The translations under genes and the position numbers were made by a program. The notes beneath the pieces are model-generated. The model saw nothing but the letters and a program-made list of their open reading frames with translations, was not told the origin of the DNA and ran no database searches. This document shows positions 1-12,374 of a stretch of 64,000 nucleotides of DNA, piece by piece (the stretch's first letter is position 1; every line of letters begins with the position of its first letter). The stretch comes from Cyanophora paradoxa CCMP329 (lineage: Eukaryota; Plantae; Glaucophyta), in the NCBI GenBank assembly GCA_004431415.1, contig QPMI01000295.1, positions 5,239-69,238 of the forward strand, given 5' to 3'.

Positions 1-1234
1 GCTCGGGTCGCCCGGGGTACGTGGCGGGGAAGCCGGTCCTCGCGGGCATCCTCCAGACCCTCGACACGAGATACGCCGCCCCCGCCGCCGCCCGCCGCGC
101 GCTCGCCCCGACGCTTGGGGCACGCGGGCGATCTCGCAGCTGGTGAACGGGCTGACGGTGCTGGCCCCCGGGCCTGGCTCCCTCGCCGGCGACTGCACCA
201 CCGCCGTCCGCACCCAGGCGCGCCCCGCCCCCGCGCCCTTCCCTCCTCTGGTGCCGCCCCCCGACGGCGGGGAGCAGGCGCTGTTCGGGAACAACATGCG
301 GACGGCGTGCCGGGTGAGCTACACGCTGAAGGAGCTGGCGGCGAAGTGCAACGGGAGGCAGTTGGACCCGGTGCTGCAGCTCCCCGCGGGGGCGCTCTAC
401 GTGGGGGCCTGGGGCGACGCGGACGACCGCTACGCCTCCGACTGGGTGCCCCTCGAGCTCCTCGACCAGGCCGTCTCCGACATGCAGGCCCGCCCCCCCG
501 CCCGCCCCCCGCCCCGCCCCTGCGCGGCTTACCAGGGCGGGGCGGGGCGCAGAGCGGGGCGGTGCAGACGCAGTTCGTCGACGCCGACTCGCGCTGCGTC
601 AACTACGTCAACCGCCTCTCCATCGAGGCCCGCCGGGGCCCCTCCTCTCATGCGGGGCCGCCCCTGAGCCGCCGCCGGCGGCGCGCAGATCCTCACGGCG
701 CGCGCCGGGTCGGTGCGGGCGCCCCAGCGCCGCATCGTCGCCGCCAAGGCCCGCTACTACAGGTCGGCCCCTCGCCTCCCCCCGCCGCCCCTCCGCAGCG
801 CCCTTCCCCCGCGCTGACGCGGGGGCCGGGCAGCGTGGACTGGACCTTCCGGCGGCCCTCCCCGCGGGTCGCCGACGCGGTGCCGGCGGGCGGCGTGGAG
901 CCGCGCGAGGCCCGCCCCGCGCCGGCGCGGCCGCGCCTCCCCTGCTGACCCCGCGCCCCCCGCAGGCCTTCTTCTTCGAGACGAGCGTGACGTTCGTGGA
1001 CGTGCAGGACACGCCCCAGGTCCCGCCCCCGTGTCCCCCCGCCCCCCCCCCCTCGAGCCGGGGGCGCAGATCTTCCACCCGCCGGCCCCGCCGCTGCTGC
1101 CGACGGTGCCCCAGGACGTCTTCTACCCCTTCATCCTCACCAACGCCGCCCCGGCCCCCGCCCCCGCCCCGCTCCTCCTCCCCCTCCTCGCCGCCGCCCT
1201 CGCCCTCGCCCTCGCCCGCGCCCTCCCCCGCTGA
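1..1234 (+). CDS. TCTN: Tectonic-family ciliary transition-zone protein, 3' part (5' end outside window), about 8 exons here
   Basis: Spliced translation gives SGRPGYVAGKPVLAG (tectonic SGNPGY motif), LFGNNMRTAC, YVGAWGDAD..SDWVPL, SVTFVDV and the C-terminal LPTVPQDVFYPF followed by a hydrophobic tail; stop TGA at 1232-1234. Confidence 0.85.
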
Positions 1235-1761
1235 GCGCCCCGCAGCGCCGCGGCACCCTCCCCGTAGTCAGTCGAGTAGAGCACGCAAACGCAATCTTCA
1301 TCGGTCCGTAGGCTGCTCGTCGTGAGCATCGGGGAGCGCTGGGGCAAGGGGGAACTTCGGAGTGTGGGTCGAAGGCTGTGTGTGAGCGCCCCTCCGAACT
1401 TCGGATCGCTGAACTCTCGCGAGCTCGACTCGGTCATTCTCAGCGAGCAGCCGAGTTTGAGGGTCCACCGTGGCACGGTAACGCTGCGGCTCGTGCTAGA
1501 CTCTGAGACCCTGCTAGCGCTGCGAGCGCTCGATCCTGACCAACTTGTGGTAAGTCCCGGGTCCTTTCATGTCAAGCATGTGTTGAACTTGCGAGTCGCT
1601 GAGCCCTGCAGCTGTTCAACGCTCACCGTGGCACCCGCGTTTGACTCTACTGCGAGGCACTGCGGCACCCGACGCATCGAGCCCATTGATTAAAAGAAAG
1701 AAGCTTGAAAGAAGCGCGACACAAGGAAGCCGGCAGGGGCGCCACCGGCAGGGCAGGCGGG

Positions 1762-4424
1762 CTACTCGGAGGGGAGGACGGCGCAGCGGCGGGCCCAGGG
1801 GGAGGCGTACAGGCACACGACCTTCCCGCAGCAGTACGCCTCGCAGCAGGTCCCCCCCAGCACGTGCAGCCGCCGGCACGCCGGGCAGTTGCGCCGGAGG
1901 TCGGGGCCGGGCTGCGGGTCGGGCGGCGGGACGGGGGAGCGGGGCGGGGGCGAGCGCGAGGGCCCCACGCCGACGGAGCGGGTGCCGGGGGCGAAGGGCC
2001 CCTCCTCCCTCGCCCCCGGCCCGGCCTCGTCCTCTTCCTCGGAGGAGGAGGCCTCGATCTGGTCCTGCTCCACCCCGTCCCCGATCTCGTCCTCGTCACC
2101 CTCGTCCCCCTCCTCCTCCCTGCCCCCCGGCCTCACCCTCGTGCTTCCTTCGCGGGCCGGCGCGCGCACCCGTCGAAGGCGTCGGCGGGGCTCGGCGGCC
2201 GCTCCGCAACCGAATCGGCGCGCCGGAGCCGGGCGGGGATGCGGACGCGCTGCAGGGCCCTGCGCGGCGGCGGCTCGGAGGCGGGAGCGCTCGGGGAGGG
2301 GGGCGGGCGGGCCTGTGGCCGCCGCCGGGGGGCAGGAGGAGGCGGGCGGCGAAGGTGAGCGGGGCGCCCGAGAGGCGGTGCCCGACGAAGAGGACCTGCC
2401 CGCCTTCCTGAGCGGAAGGGGGCGGGAGGGAGGAGAGGGGGCGGGGGCACCTCGAGGGAGCGGGAGGCGCCGGCGGGGGCGGAGCAGAGGGGCGGGCTCG
2501 GGCTCTCGATCCCCGCCCCGGCCTGCAGCGCCGCCCCGAAGAGCTGCCGCCGGCGTCACGCGGGGCCCTGTTTTTGACCCGGCGGGGGGTGCCGCACGGA
2601 GAGGGAGATGAGGGAGGGGCACGCCTGCGCGATGGACACCACCGACTCCCGCCAGCTGCCCCGGCGCCCTCCGCTTCAGCTCCACGCCGGCGCGGGGGGC
2701 GGGGGGCTGGGGGCGGCGCGCCTGACGGCCCCCGCGGACTCGGCGGAGAGGGCGAGGTGGCGGAGGGCGCGGGGCGGGGCGGAGCGCAGCGAGTCGCGCA
2801 GGGGCGCCAGCGGGCAGCCCGCCGCCGGGGCCGCGTGGACGAGGTCGAGGCAGGCGATCTCGAGGGCGGGGCAGGCCGCCCAGAGCGCCCCGAGGTGCCC
2901 CGCCGAGACGCTCCCCGCGTCCAGCCGGCACGCCAGGCCGCTGCCCAGGGCGTGAGGGCACGGAGGGGGGGGAGGGAGGGGCGGGGCGCGCCGGAGGCCG
3001 GAGCCGAGGCGGCAGAGGGAGGCGACGCCGGCCGGGGAGAGGGACGGGATGCGCGTCGTGTGCAGCACCTGCCGGCGGGAGAGGAGCTCAGGCCGCCGAG
3101 CGAGGACGGCGGGGCGGGGCGGGGCGGGCACGTGGTGGTCGAGGACGCGCATGCCGATGCGCTGGTGCGGCGAGAGGTACACCACCTGCCCCGCGGTACG
3201 TCGTTCGGAAGGGGGGCGGGGCGGGGGCGGGGCGGGGCGGACGGCGAGGCGCGGGGCGGCGGCGACGAGGCGCGCGAGCTCCTCGTCCGAGAGGCACTGC
3301 CCCGCCCCTCAGCCCGCGCCCGCGCGCCGGCGGGAGTACCCCCACCTCGAGGAAGGCGGCGCGGAGCGAGGGGAGGGGGCCCTTCACCGCCTCCAGCACC
3401 GCGCCGGGCTGCCCGGGGGCACGCGGTCGGCGCCTGTCGCAGGGGAGGGGCGGGGCGGCGCACGGAGCGGCCCGGGGAGGGGAAGAGGGCGAGGGTGCGG
3501 AGGGTGTCGGCGCAGGCGTCGAGGGCGGCGGCGACGGCGGGGGCGCCGACGTGCAGGCAGAAGAGCAGCGAGAGCGCCTGCGGGGGCGCGGGCTCAGAGG
3601 GCCCCCCGGGGGGAGCGGTGCGCGGCGCGCCTCGAGGGAGCGGTGGGCGGCGAGGGCGGCCAGGCCGGCCTGCCGCGCCGTGAGGGAAGGAGGGCGGGGA
3701 CGAAGGCGGGGGCACGGACGTCTGTGAGGGCGCTGGTGAGGCAGGCGCGGCGGACGGCGGCGGCCTCCTCGAGGACGGCGTGGAGGGCGGCCGCGCAGGC
3801 CCCCGCGGGGAAGCGGGCGCGCAGGCAGAGCGACGTGAGGCGCCGGACGCCCCCGGCGGCGGCGAAGGACTGCAGCGCCGCGCCCGTCTCCTCCGTGAAG
3901 GTCAGCCGCGCGTGGCGGAGCGCCGGGAAGGCGCGCCCCGCGTGGCCCGCGCTCTCCGCCTCCGCGAACGCTGCCGCCAGCGCTGAGGGGCGCGCGCGAG
4001 GGCAGCGAGCGGCGCTGCGCACCGGCCTCGAGGGCGCGCACGCTGCGCCAGCGCCTCTGCGCGATGAAGCGCTCAACCCTCGCCCGCCGCTCATCGGACG
4101 GCTCCGCTTCCGTAAGGAGGAGTCTCAAAAAGGGCCACATCACCGCGTCCTGACGGCCGGCGTGAACCCAACGTGGACGCCCGTCAGAGCGAGCATGGCG
4201 AACTCTGAGAATGTCGCGTATGCGCCGGCACGTCGCGGCGCACGAACTCCTGTCCCGCTCGCTCAGGCGGAGGAGGATCTGCGCGGGTCTCACCGATCGC
4301 TTCGAAAGCGTTAGCTAGAGCGGAGGCGCACTTGCTGCAAGATCGCGTCGGGGAGCTGGAGTATCGGGGAGCTCGACGAAACGAGTTGGGCCGGGTCCGG
4401 GGACTCCGTGCTGCTCGCCGACAT
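1762..4424 (-). CDS. F-box protein with LRR-like body and an acidic plus Cys-rich C-terminus (multi-exon)
   Basis: ATG at 4424. Spliced N-terminus ILQLPDAILQQ|ILLRLSERDRSSCAATCRRIRDILR|DAVMWPFL is an F-box signature. Leucine-rich segments follow (FPALRHARL, LTSLCL, CPALEIACL). The last exon has an EEEGDEGDEDE stretch and CPAC..CC..CC..C. Joining of the 3' exons is less certain. Confidence 0.65.
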
Positions 4425-4789
4425 GGCGGGCGTCGCCGCAGGATTTCCATCGTGCATCGATCAGCTAGCGAGCTCGCGTCCCTCGCGTTCGCGGGCAGGC
4501 AAGTTCGTGCAAGGGGTACGCGACAAGGGGCGGGGGTGGGTGGGGGGTAGCAATTAACCAGTAAACCCAAACGTCGCAGCCTTAGCCCGCCCGGACGCGG
4601 ACGAGAGCGAGGCACCGAATCGCGTCATTGTACGGTCTACGCACCCGCTCCTTTGGCCCTTCGACCAGCTTTCGTGCTGCCGGTTTCCGACCGCGTTAAC
4701 GTTCGCGGCATCAGCTGCGTCCGTCGACTCGGGTCCGACTTCAGAGCAGCTAAGACACCGGCTCGAGTGCGGCTCGCCGCGCCGCTTCG

Positions 4790-7390
4790 ATGGAACATGT
4801 GCGGGCGGTGCTCTCGGGGGAGAAGGGCGGCGGCCTGGCGGCGGCCGTCGGGGCGCTGGGGGCGCTCTGGGGCCTGCGGGCCGTGCTGCGAGGCCGGCGC
4901 CTGGACCTCGACGACATGCCCCAGGCGCGCGGCGAGTGGCCCTGGCCCGTCGGCTGCGTCCCCCGTGCGCCTCCGCCGCCCCTGGCCGCCGCGCCGACGT
5001 CGCGCCGGCTCAGACGGCATCGCGCAGGCCTGCTGAAGCTGGACAACCACGAGTTCCTGCGCACGATCCACGAGGAGTCCGGGCCCGTCGTCCACATGAA
5101 CCTCGGCGCCAGTGCGCCGCCGCCGAGACCGCCGAGGCCGCCGGGGCCGGCCGCGCGCGGGGCTCGACAACCGCCCTGACCCACCTTTCTTGCGCGCCTG
5201 CAGTGGACGTGGTCAGCGTGGCGGACTTCGAGCTCGTGAAGACGGTGCGAGCGGCGGCGCCCGATCGCGGGCCTGCGCGCCCGCGCGCCCGCGCGCCGGC
5301 GAGCCGCGCCCGCCCCGCAGATCCTGAGCAAGCCGAACGTCTTCGTACCCGGGGAGCGCCTCGTCTGGCAGTACTTTCGCCCCCTCGCCGAAGGCCTCAT
5401 CAGTGCGCCGCGTACCCCCGATCCCTCCCCCCCCGCCGATCCTGTACCCCAGTGCTGTGGGGCGAGCAGTGGCGGCGGGAGCGGAACGTCCTCTCCCCCG
5501 CCTTCGGCGTCGAGGCCCTCGCCGCCATGGAGGCACCCCCCTCCCGTCCGCCCCTACCCCCCCTCTTTCCGATCGCCGTACCCCCGCAGCACATCTTCGC
5601 CCGGCACACGGCGACGGCGCTCGACATGTGGACGCGCGCCCCCGGCCTCGTCGACTTCAGCCGGGGTAGGCCCCTACCCCCACGACGCCGTACCCCCGCC
5701 GCCCGTCACCCCCCGGGGTGGCCGCAGGGTTCGGCAAGCTGACGCTGGACATCATCTGCCACGCCGCCCTCGGGCAGCCCGCCGGCGCCCTCGCCGGCGG
5801 TGCCCGCGTGCCCCGCGCGGTCCCCGTGCCCCCGCTCAGGCGGGTGCGCCAGACTCGGACTTCCCCGAGGCGCTGGACGGCATCATGGAGGAGGTCCAGC
5901 TCCGCACCACCGAGCCGGTGCCCCCGTCCAGCGCCCCCCGCCGGGCCGCGCCTGACAGCGGGGCGGGGCGCAGGTGCAGGTGTGGCGGGTTGTGGAGACG
6001 GCGCGGGCGAGGCGCTTCCGGAGGAACGTCGCACGCATCCAGCAGCACGCCGACAGGCCCGCCCGCCCCCGCCCCCGCCCCCGCCCCCCTCCCGCCGAGC
6101 CCCTGCCCCCAGGCTGCTCGAGCAGCGGCTGGGCCAGGCGGAGCAGCCGCCGGACATGCTGGGTCTGCACCGGCGCCCCCGCGCCCCGCCGTGGCCGACG
6201 CGGGGGCGGGGCCGGGGGCAGGGGCGATGATCGGGGCGCACCGGCGGGGGGAGCTCTCGCGGGAGGCCCTCCGCCACGAGGCCATCATGGTCATGGTCGC
6301 CGGCGCGCCCCCTACACCCCCGCCCCGGCCCCCCGGGCGAGCCGGCCGGCAGGGAACGACACGAGCGCGATCTCGATGAGCTTCGCCGCCCGCCTCCTCG
6401 CCGCCTTCCCCGACGCCCAGCACCGCGCCCGAAGCGTCCGCTTCCCCGCCCCGCGCCCCCCGCTCCCCGCTCGGGCGGGGCTGAGGGGGCTGGCAGGAGG
6501 TGCGGGGGGCGGTGGCGGGGGCGCTGCCGACCCTCGCCGAGCTCGACCGCATGCCCTTCCTCACCGCCGTCGTCAAGGCCCGCCCCCTCCCGCGCCTCCG
6601 GGGGCCCCCGCCCCGCCCGAGCCCCCGCGCAGGAGGCCCTCCGCCTGTACCCCTCCGGCTACGTCGTCTTCCGCGCCCTCGAGCAGGACGCCGACGTCGG
6701 GGGGTACGCTCTCCCCAAGGGCACCCAGCTCTTCATCAGCGTCTACGCCATGCACCGCGATCCGAAGCGCGCCCGAGTCCCCCGCCGCCGCCCCGCGCCG
6801 CCCGCCGTCGGCTGAGTGCCCCCTCCCGCAGGGTCTGGGGCCCGGACGTGCACAAGTTCCGCCCCGAGCGCTTCCTCCCGGGTGCGAGGCTCCCAGGCGA
6901 GCGCCTCGCCCAACGCCTTCCCCCCTGAGGCGGGGGCAGGGGGCGGCGGGGACGAGGTGAAGGCGTTCATGCCCTTCTCGTGGGGCACCAAGGTGCGGGG
7001 GCGAGCCCGCCTCCCCCGGGGGCCGCCCCCGCCGACGCCCCGCCAGATGTGCCCCGGGCGGCACCTCTCCATGGCCGAGATCCGCTACGCCCTCGCCTCC
7101 CTCCTCCTGGCGCCCGCCCCGCACCCCCCGCTCCGCATCCCCCGCCCCCGTCCCTGAGGCGCCGCGCTCGGGCGCCGCGCAGAGGTGCCGCCTGGAGCTG
7201 CCCGAAGGGACGCCGCTGGGGAGCCTCCCCGACGCCCGCATCGCATTCGCCCTCCGGCGCGCCCTTGCCCCCGCACGCGCACGCGCACGCGCGCGCCGCT
7301 GAGCGCCGGGGGGGGAGCAGGCCGCGGGAGAACGTCCTGCTGCGTGTCACGCCCCTGGACCCCGCAGCGCCCGAGGGACGCCCCGCCTGA
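4790..7390 (+). CDS. Cytochrome P450 (19 predicted exons)
   Basis: Removing 18 GT/GC-AG introns gives a continuous ORF with N-terminal hydrophobic anchor, C-helix WRRER, I-helix AGNDTS, K-helix EALR, FRPERF and heme-binding PFSWGTKMCPG. Confidence 0.93.
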
Positions 7391-7571
7391 GCTCGACACA
7401 AGGGAGCCCTCCCCGCAGCGCCACCGGCCCCCGCGCATTATGCCCACCAAGCGTTGTCCCCTTCGAACTCCAGCTTAAATTCGAACGATTATTTTCCGCT
7501 TTGGTTATGATCAAACAGGCCACTAGGTTCAGCCGGGCGCCTGGCAGACTAAAGAAATTGCTATCTGAAGT

Positions 7572-7632
7572 GTATGGCTGCCACGGCAGCCTTGCTTACA
7601 GCAAGCTAAGCACAACATGTCTTGTCATGAAG
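7572..7632 (-). repeat. Split direct repeat B, terminal copy (3' end of element 1)
   Basis: 61 bp (gtatggctgcc...gtcatgaag) identical to 14720-14780 and 16759-16819. Confidence 0.92.
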
Positions 7633-8040
7633 TGAAGGTCTAGATTCGCGCTTGCCAAAGCCGCGAAGCTAAGATCATGACTCGCTCGCTCACAAGAAGG
7701 GCAAGCTGCAACTGCGCTCGAGGACATCAGCTAGCGCACGCTGCAGAGTGAGTCTTGCGGACGTAGAATGATTGAACATTAGTGATCAATTGTTGATCAA
7801 TTATTCATCAAAAGATATCAATGGTTGGCACTAACAATAGCTTAAAGATGACTGAAGGCATAGTAAACAATGGGCATTGCTAACACACATTGAAAGCGGC
7901 TAAGCAAAGCCGCTCGAGCGGCTAGGGAACAAGCCGCTCAGCAAGTTACACAGCTTGCCCTCGCTTGTGAGCGAGGGAGACAAGCGCCGACAGCACAGCA
8001 AAGGCGCACAACTGCGAAGCAAGACTCTAAGACTAGACAA

Positions 8041-8725
8041 TCAACTACTGCGCCGAGTACGCGCGAGTTGCTGCCGACATGACTGCAGCGAAGCTGACGG
8101 GCCAGCGTAACGAGCACCAGGCCTAGCCATGAGCGCAGCCAAGGGCGGGCGCTCAGCAGAATCGATATAGCGTCGGTAGACCGCTGACAACAAGGACCAG
8201 CGACCAACCGCTTGAACAAGCTCTTCAGGCACGCCCGCCGCAGCCAGAGCAGTAGCTCCACCGCGACGCAAGCCATGAGGTGTGATACCAGTGGCGTCCA
8301 AGCCCGCCGCGTCAAATGCGAACCGGAGAACATAGGCCACGGTCTGAGCTGACAGAGAACGAGCTGCGTCCCGAAGCTGCCCAAAAAGAGGTGCGCCCGG
8401 ATCCGCGAGCGCTACAGTCCGCAAGTAGGTTCGAAACCAGAACACCGGACAGATGACCGACTCTGGGACAGCGCCCAAGACAACTTGCGCGCCTTGGCGA
8501 CGACGATCGGTCTTGGAACCGGCAATGAAGAGCACGACGCGATCCGCGCGGATGGACACATCTTGCCGCCGGAGTGCCACGATTTCGCCACGCCGCAACA
8601 GGCCAAAGAAACCGGTAAGCAACATCACAAGGGCGCGAAGGAGCTTGTTTGAGGGGGAACGAGCGTAGGTACGAGCAATCGCCTCCAGGTGGACGGACGT
8701 GACCAATGCAGATTGCTTTGCTGGT
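8041..8725 (-). pseudogene. Tyrosine recombinase, catalytic C-terminal part (gene interrupted by insertion)
   Basis: LLRRGE (R), SKTD (K), HGLRRGGA (HxxR), GRWS (W), YRRYI (Y). Confidence 0.92.
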
Positions 8726-9068
8726 TGTGCCGCCCACTTTCCGACTCCCAGCTAGCCCTGGTCGTCGGCTCTAAGCCGGCAGCTTGCCTTGCCTTGTACC
8801 CTTTGTAGCCTGCTATTCCTGGTGCCACGTTGTTGCCAACTGGCCCGCTTATTTTAGCCCTGGGCCCTCGCTTGCCCTGCGCGGCGCTCGCTTGCTGTCT
8901 GTCGACGTCCTTGTTCTCTTGTTCTCTCTGTCTTACGCTGGCTCTGCGCCTGCTGTGTACGTAATGGCACCCGCTTGCCGCCGCCCTACGGTGCCGTACG
9001 GGCCTGTCCCTCTCTGCTTGGGGCGCCTCTGGGCCTAGCCAACTGCTTAGCGCATCCCGCCCAGCGCA
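8726..9068 (+). repeat. LTR-like direct repeat, 5' copy (TG...CA, 343 bp)
   Basis: Apparently identical to 11655-11997; followed directly by PBS-like TGGGGGCT. Confidence 0.88.
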
Positions 9069-11654
9069 TGGGGGCTGCTGCGTTGGGCTTCGACTTTTTA
9101 GCTCGTATGCCTGGGGACGAACGCTGCGCTCTTGCCCGAACCCCTGGACAAGCACGCCATCGTTTGCCTTGGCTTGCGCGTACGGCCTCCACTTTCTTGT
9201 AGTGGGAAGCGCCTATGCGGCAGAGCTTAGCAATACGAACCGCATGGTTCATGCCTTTCCACCCGCCACTGCGCCTTTCTTGCTTACGGACCTGGCGCAC
9301 CACTCTTTCTGTAGTGGGAAGCGTCCGCCAACCCGTCTATTGAGCCGCATGCGCTCACAGTCATCTAAACGTGCCGTGGCTGCGCTCAAGAGCAAATGCT
9401 GATGCAGCCCGCGCGCATGTCGAGTGAAACTGTATTGCATTGTATCGGGGACGACACCACAACGTACTACTAAATGTATTGTATGTGGAGCAACACCCTC
9501 TACATCTACACACGTCGTCATTACGATCGAATTGCGTGTTGACGCCGATCGAATGATGATCTTGTTGTCGTCGTGGCATGTCGTTTCTTCCCTGGTCCAC
9601 GTGCAGTGAGACGTATGATGATTAAAGCTGTCTGACTGAGTATTCTTCACAAACATACCTTCTTTTCGTCGTCGTCTTGTTTTGTCGAGTTGCCCGCATG
9701 CTCGTGACATGCCAGGCTCGCAAGGCAGCTATGAAGCGCCAGTCAACCAATCTTTGCTCTCTGCAGAAAGTACAGAGTCAGCCCGCCAAGACGTGAATGC
9801 CCTGGGATAACATGGCCCCAGTCCGCGCCCGAGGTCTCACCTACGACGGCTGCGATGGCACCTCCGGCTAGCCCGAGGCACGCTCAATGGTGGCGAGTGT
9901 ATCTGAAGAACGCATGGAGTCAAACCGCTGCGACGTGAAAGCCCCTGGGATAACAAGGCCCAGTACGCGCCCGAGGTCTCACCTACGACGGCTGCAGTGG
10001 CGCCTGCGGACCTCCCGAGGCACGCTCAGCGGCGGCGAGTGGCATCCCTCGTGAGGATCACTCCACTTGACTCCACCCTGCATCCAGAGGACGTGCGGCT
10101 CCGCGTCTCTCTCGGCTCTGCGGGTTGCGTACGCGTCAGTGGAAGCCGGCGCAGCTCCACTTGACAGCGATCTCTATGCGAGGAAGCGCATCTATCTGTT
10201 GTCAAGCCTACCGGGCGCACTGTCGCACCTAGTCGGCAGACAAGATGCCAAGACCTTGCCCTGGCTCCGACGACGTAGCTGCCCTTCTCCGGGACGTCCA
10301 GCTCGTCAAGCCAGATGTCAGTCGCTTCACGCACATCTCAAGCGTGTGCGAACTGTCGTTTTCTTCCTGTCGTGGGCGTTTGATCAGCGACCGAGGCCTG
10401 TTCAGCGGGCGGAGGTCTGACCGAGGCCTGTCCGGCGGGCGGAGGTCAACAGAAGCGTAAAGGATGCGCTCTGGAACGTCCTACGACGACGTGAGCAGCC
10501 ATAGCTAAAGTTGGACGGCGGACAGCGGACCTGTCTGTTGAGGAGCGTCAGCAAGCAGCACTGGGTGATGCCCCGCGACCAGTCTTCACGTTCGCGCGTC
10601 GACTGCGTCGGCCCGTCGGGTGATTCCCGTGCATCGGTTGAACCTGGCAGCTGGGTGATGCCAGCTGGACGCCAGCGCTGTTTCGGTCTGCTTAGCTGTG
10701 GGTGATTCCACGCTGACCAAGCCAGCACGCACCGGCGCTCTAGTCCGGGTGATTCCGACCAAGCCTCCGCTTGCGACTCTCCGCTGCTGAGAGGTCCATA
10801 CGTCTTGCCTACGACTATCACGCGAGCACCGATGATCATTCCGGGCCGCGCTGATGCTGTCTCCTGTCCCGCGATGGTGGCCTGCCTAAGCCCCGGCTAC
10901 GCGCTGCATCTGCGTACGCTGGCGGACTCGATGGCTGTCCCGTCCGATCGTGGAGGATCCTTGGCGATGGGTCTGTATGATGCAACCAGTGGCCTGCTGC
11001 TGCTGCGGAGCCTGACCCCGTACGACTGGCTCGCCGCCTCTACTCTTCATGGCTTGCCTGCTCTACGCGTACGCGGCTGCACACTCTACTGTGCTGACCG
11101 ATCGCCCCGCCTTGTGACTCCGCCGGCCGAGTCACTTGGCAACGCAATGCGGCAAGCTGCGCCGAGCTTGGCCCGCAACGCGTACTCTGCCGCTGCGGCT
11201 CTGCTGATCGAGCCTGCGGTCCTACACTCCTACATTCTACATCAAGTACCTTCTACACTGTGGAACTTTCGACCCGGCGCCGCCGCAGCCCGGCGGCTTG
11301 CGGCGCGGCGCCGGTTTCGAATTCGAGCTTAGTGCTAGCGCTAGCACTCGTTTTCCCCTCCGGCGGGATTTAGAGGGTTTGCCCCGGTTGGCTGGCGGCG
11401 CTCCGCGCGCTCTGGCGTCAGGTCGTGGGTCCCTCACCCAACTTCCCTTGTTGGGCCCAGTTCCTCATACTGGTGCCGACGGCCTGATGGATTTTAATTT
11501 GCCCCTCTGGCCCGCCCGCTGTGGCGCCGAGGACGGCTTTCTGTGCAGGGACGGTAGCCGGCTTTTGGCTCGTAGTCCGTTCAGCCTCGCCTACGCAGCT
11601 TTAGTTCAGCCTTTAGCTCGTAGCGCCGAGGACGGCTTTTTGTAGCGGGAAGCG

Positions 11655-11997
11655 TGTGCCGCCCACTTTCCGACTCCCAGCTAGCCCTGGTCGTCGGCTC
11701 TAAGCCGGCAGCTTGCCTTGCCTTGTACCCTTTGTAGCCTGCTATTCCTGGTGCCACGTTGTTGCCAACTGGCCCGCTTATTTTAGCCCTGGGCCCTCGC
11801 TTGCCCTGCGCGGCGCTCGCTTGCTGTCTGTCGACGTCCTTGTTCTCTTGTTCTCTCTGTCTTACGCTGGCTCTGCGCCTGCTGTGTACGTAATGGCACC
11901 CGCTTGCCGCCGCCCTACGGTGCCGTACGGGCCTGTCCCTCTCTGCTTGGGGCGCCTCTGGGCCTAGCCAACTGCTTAGCGCATCCCGCCCAGCGCA
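11655..11997 (+). repeat. LTR-like direct repeat, 3' copy
   Basis: Apparently identical to 8726-9068; preceded by purine-rich agcgggaagcg (PPT-like). Confidence 0.88.
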
Positions 11998-12053
11998 AGC
12001 CGGCTTAGAGCCGACGACCAGGGCTAGCTGGGAGTCGGAAAGTGGGCGGCACA

Positions 12054-12374
12054 TGGTTTTCCACAAAGTCGGGCGATTCCTTGCAATGTTTGCAGCACAA
12101 GGGGGTGAGCAAATGCAGTAGTAGGCAACATCCTCTGCCTTGTCTGATGTAGCAGAGCAGAGTGACACTGGTCAATTGCTGAGAGACCGTACTCTTCATC
12201 AGCAAGAGCCACCAGCAGTGTTGCGACGCCAGAAGCTGTTGGTGGCCAGGCTGGAATGCAGTGAACCGCGCAATGGCCTTCATAGAGGACGACCCAGCGG
12301 GCGTAGAGGCTTTGGGTTCGCTCGCTCACAGAGTTTGTTCTGTAGAAAGTGACCCGGTTGAGCAGATCAGCCAT
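12054..12374 (-). pseudogene. Tyrosine recombinase, N-terminal part
   Basis: MADLL...SERTQSLYARW...HPLVLQTLQGIARLCGKP. Removing 8726-12053 plus one TGGT copy restores in-frame ARLCGKPAKQSALVTSVHL. Confidence 0.88.

Larger units (their letters stand above)
8726..12053 (+). mobile_element. Non-autonomous 3328-bp insertion with LTR-like direct repeats, 55-bp terminal inverted repeats and 4-bp TSD (TGGT)
   Basis: TSD TGGT at 8722-8725 and 12054-12057; ends TGT...ACA; TIRs 8726-8780 and 11999-12053; 343-bp direct repeats; no recognisable intact RT, integrase or transposase ORF. Confidence 0.88.

Noticed and set aside
7547-7555. gactaaaga also found at 18800-18808, as a possible TSD of element 1
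   Set aside because: The left copy is 16 bp away from the end of repeat B and the right copy overlaps repeat A; YR elements do not normally make TSDs.
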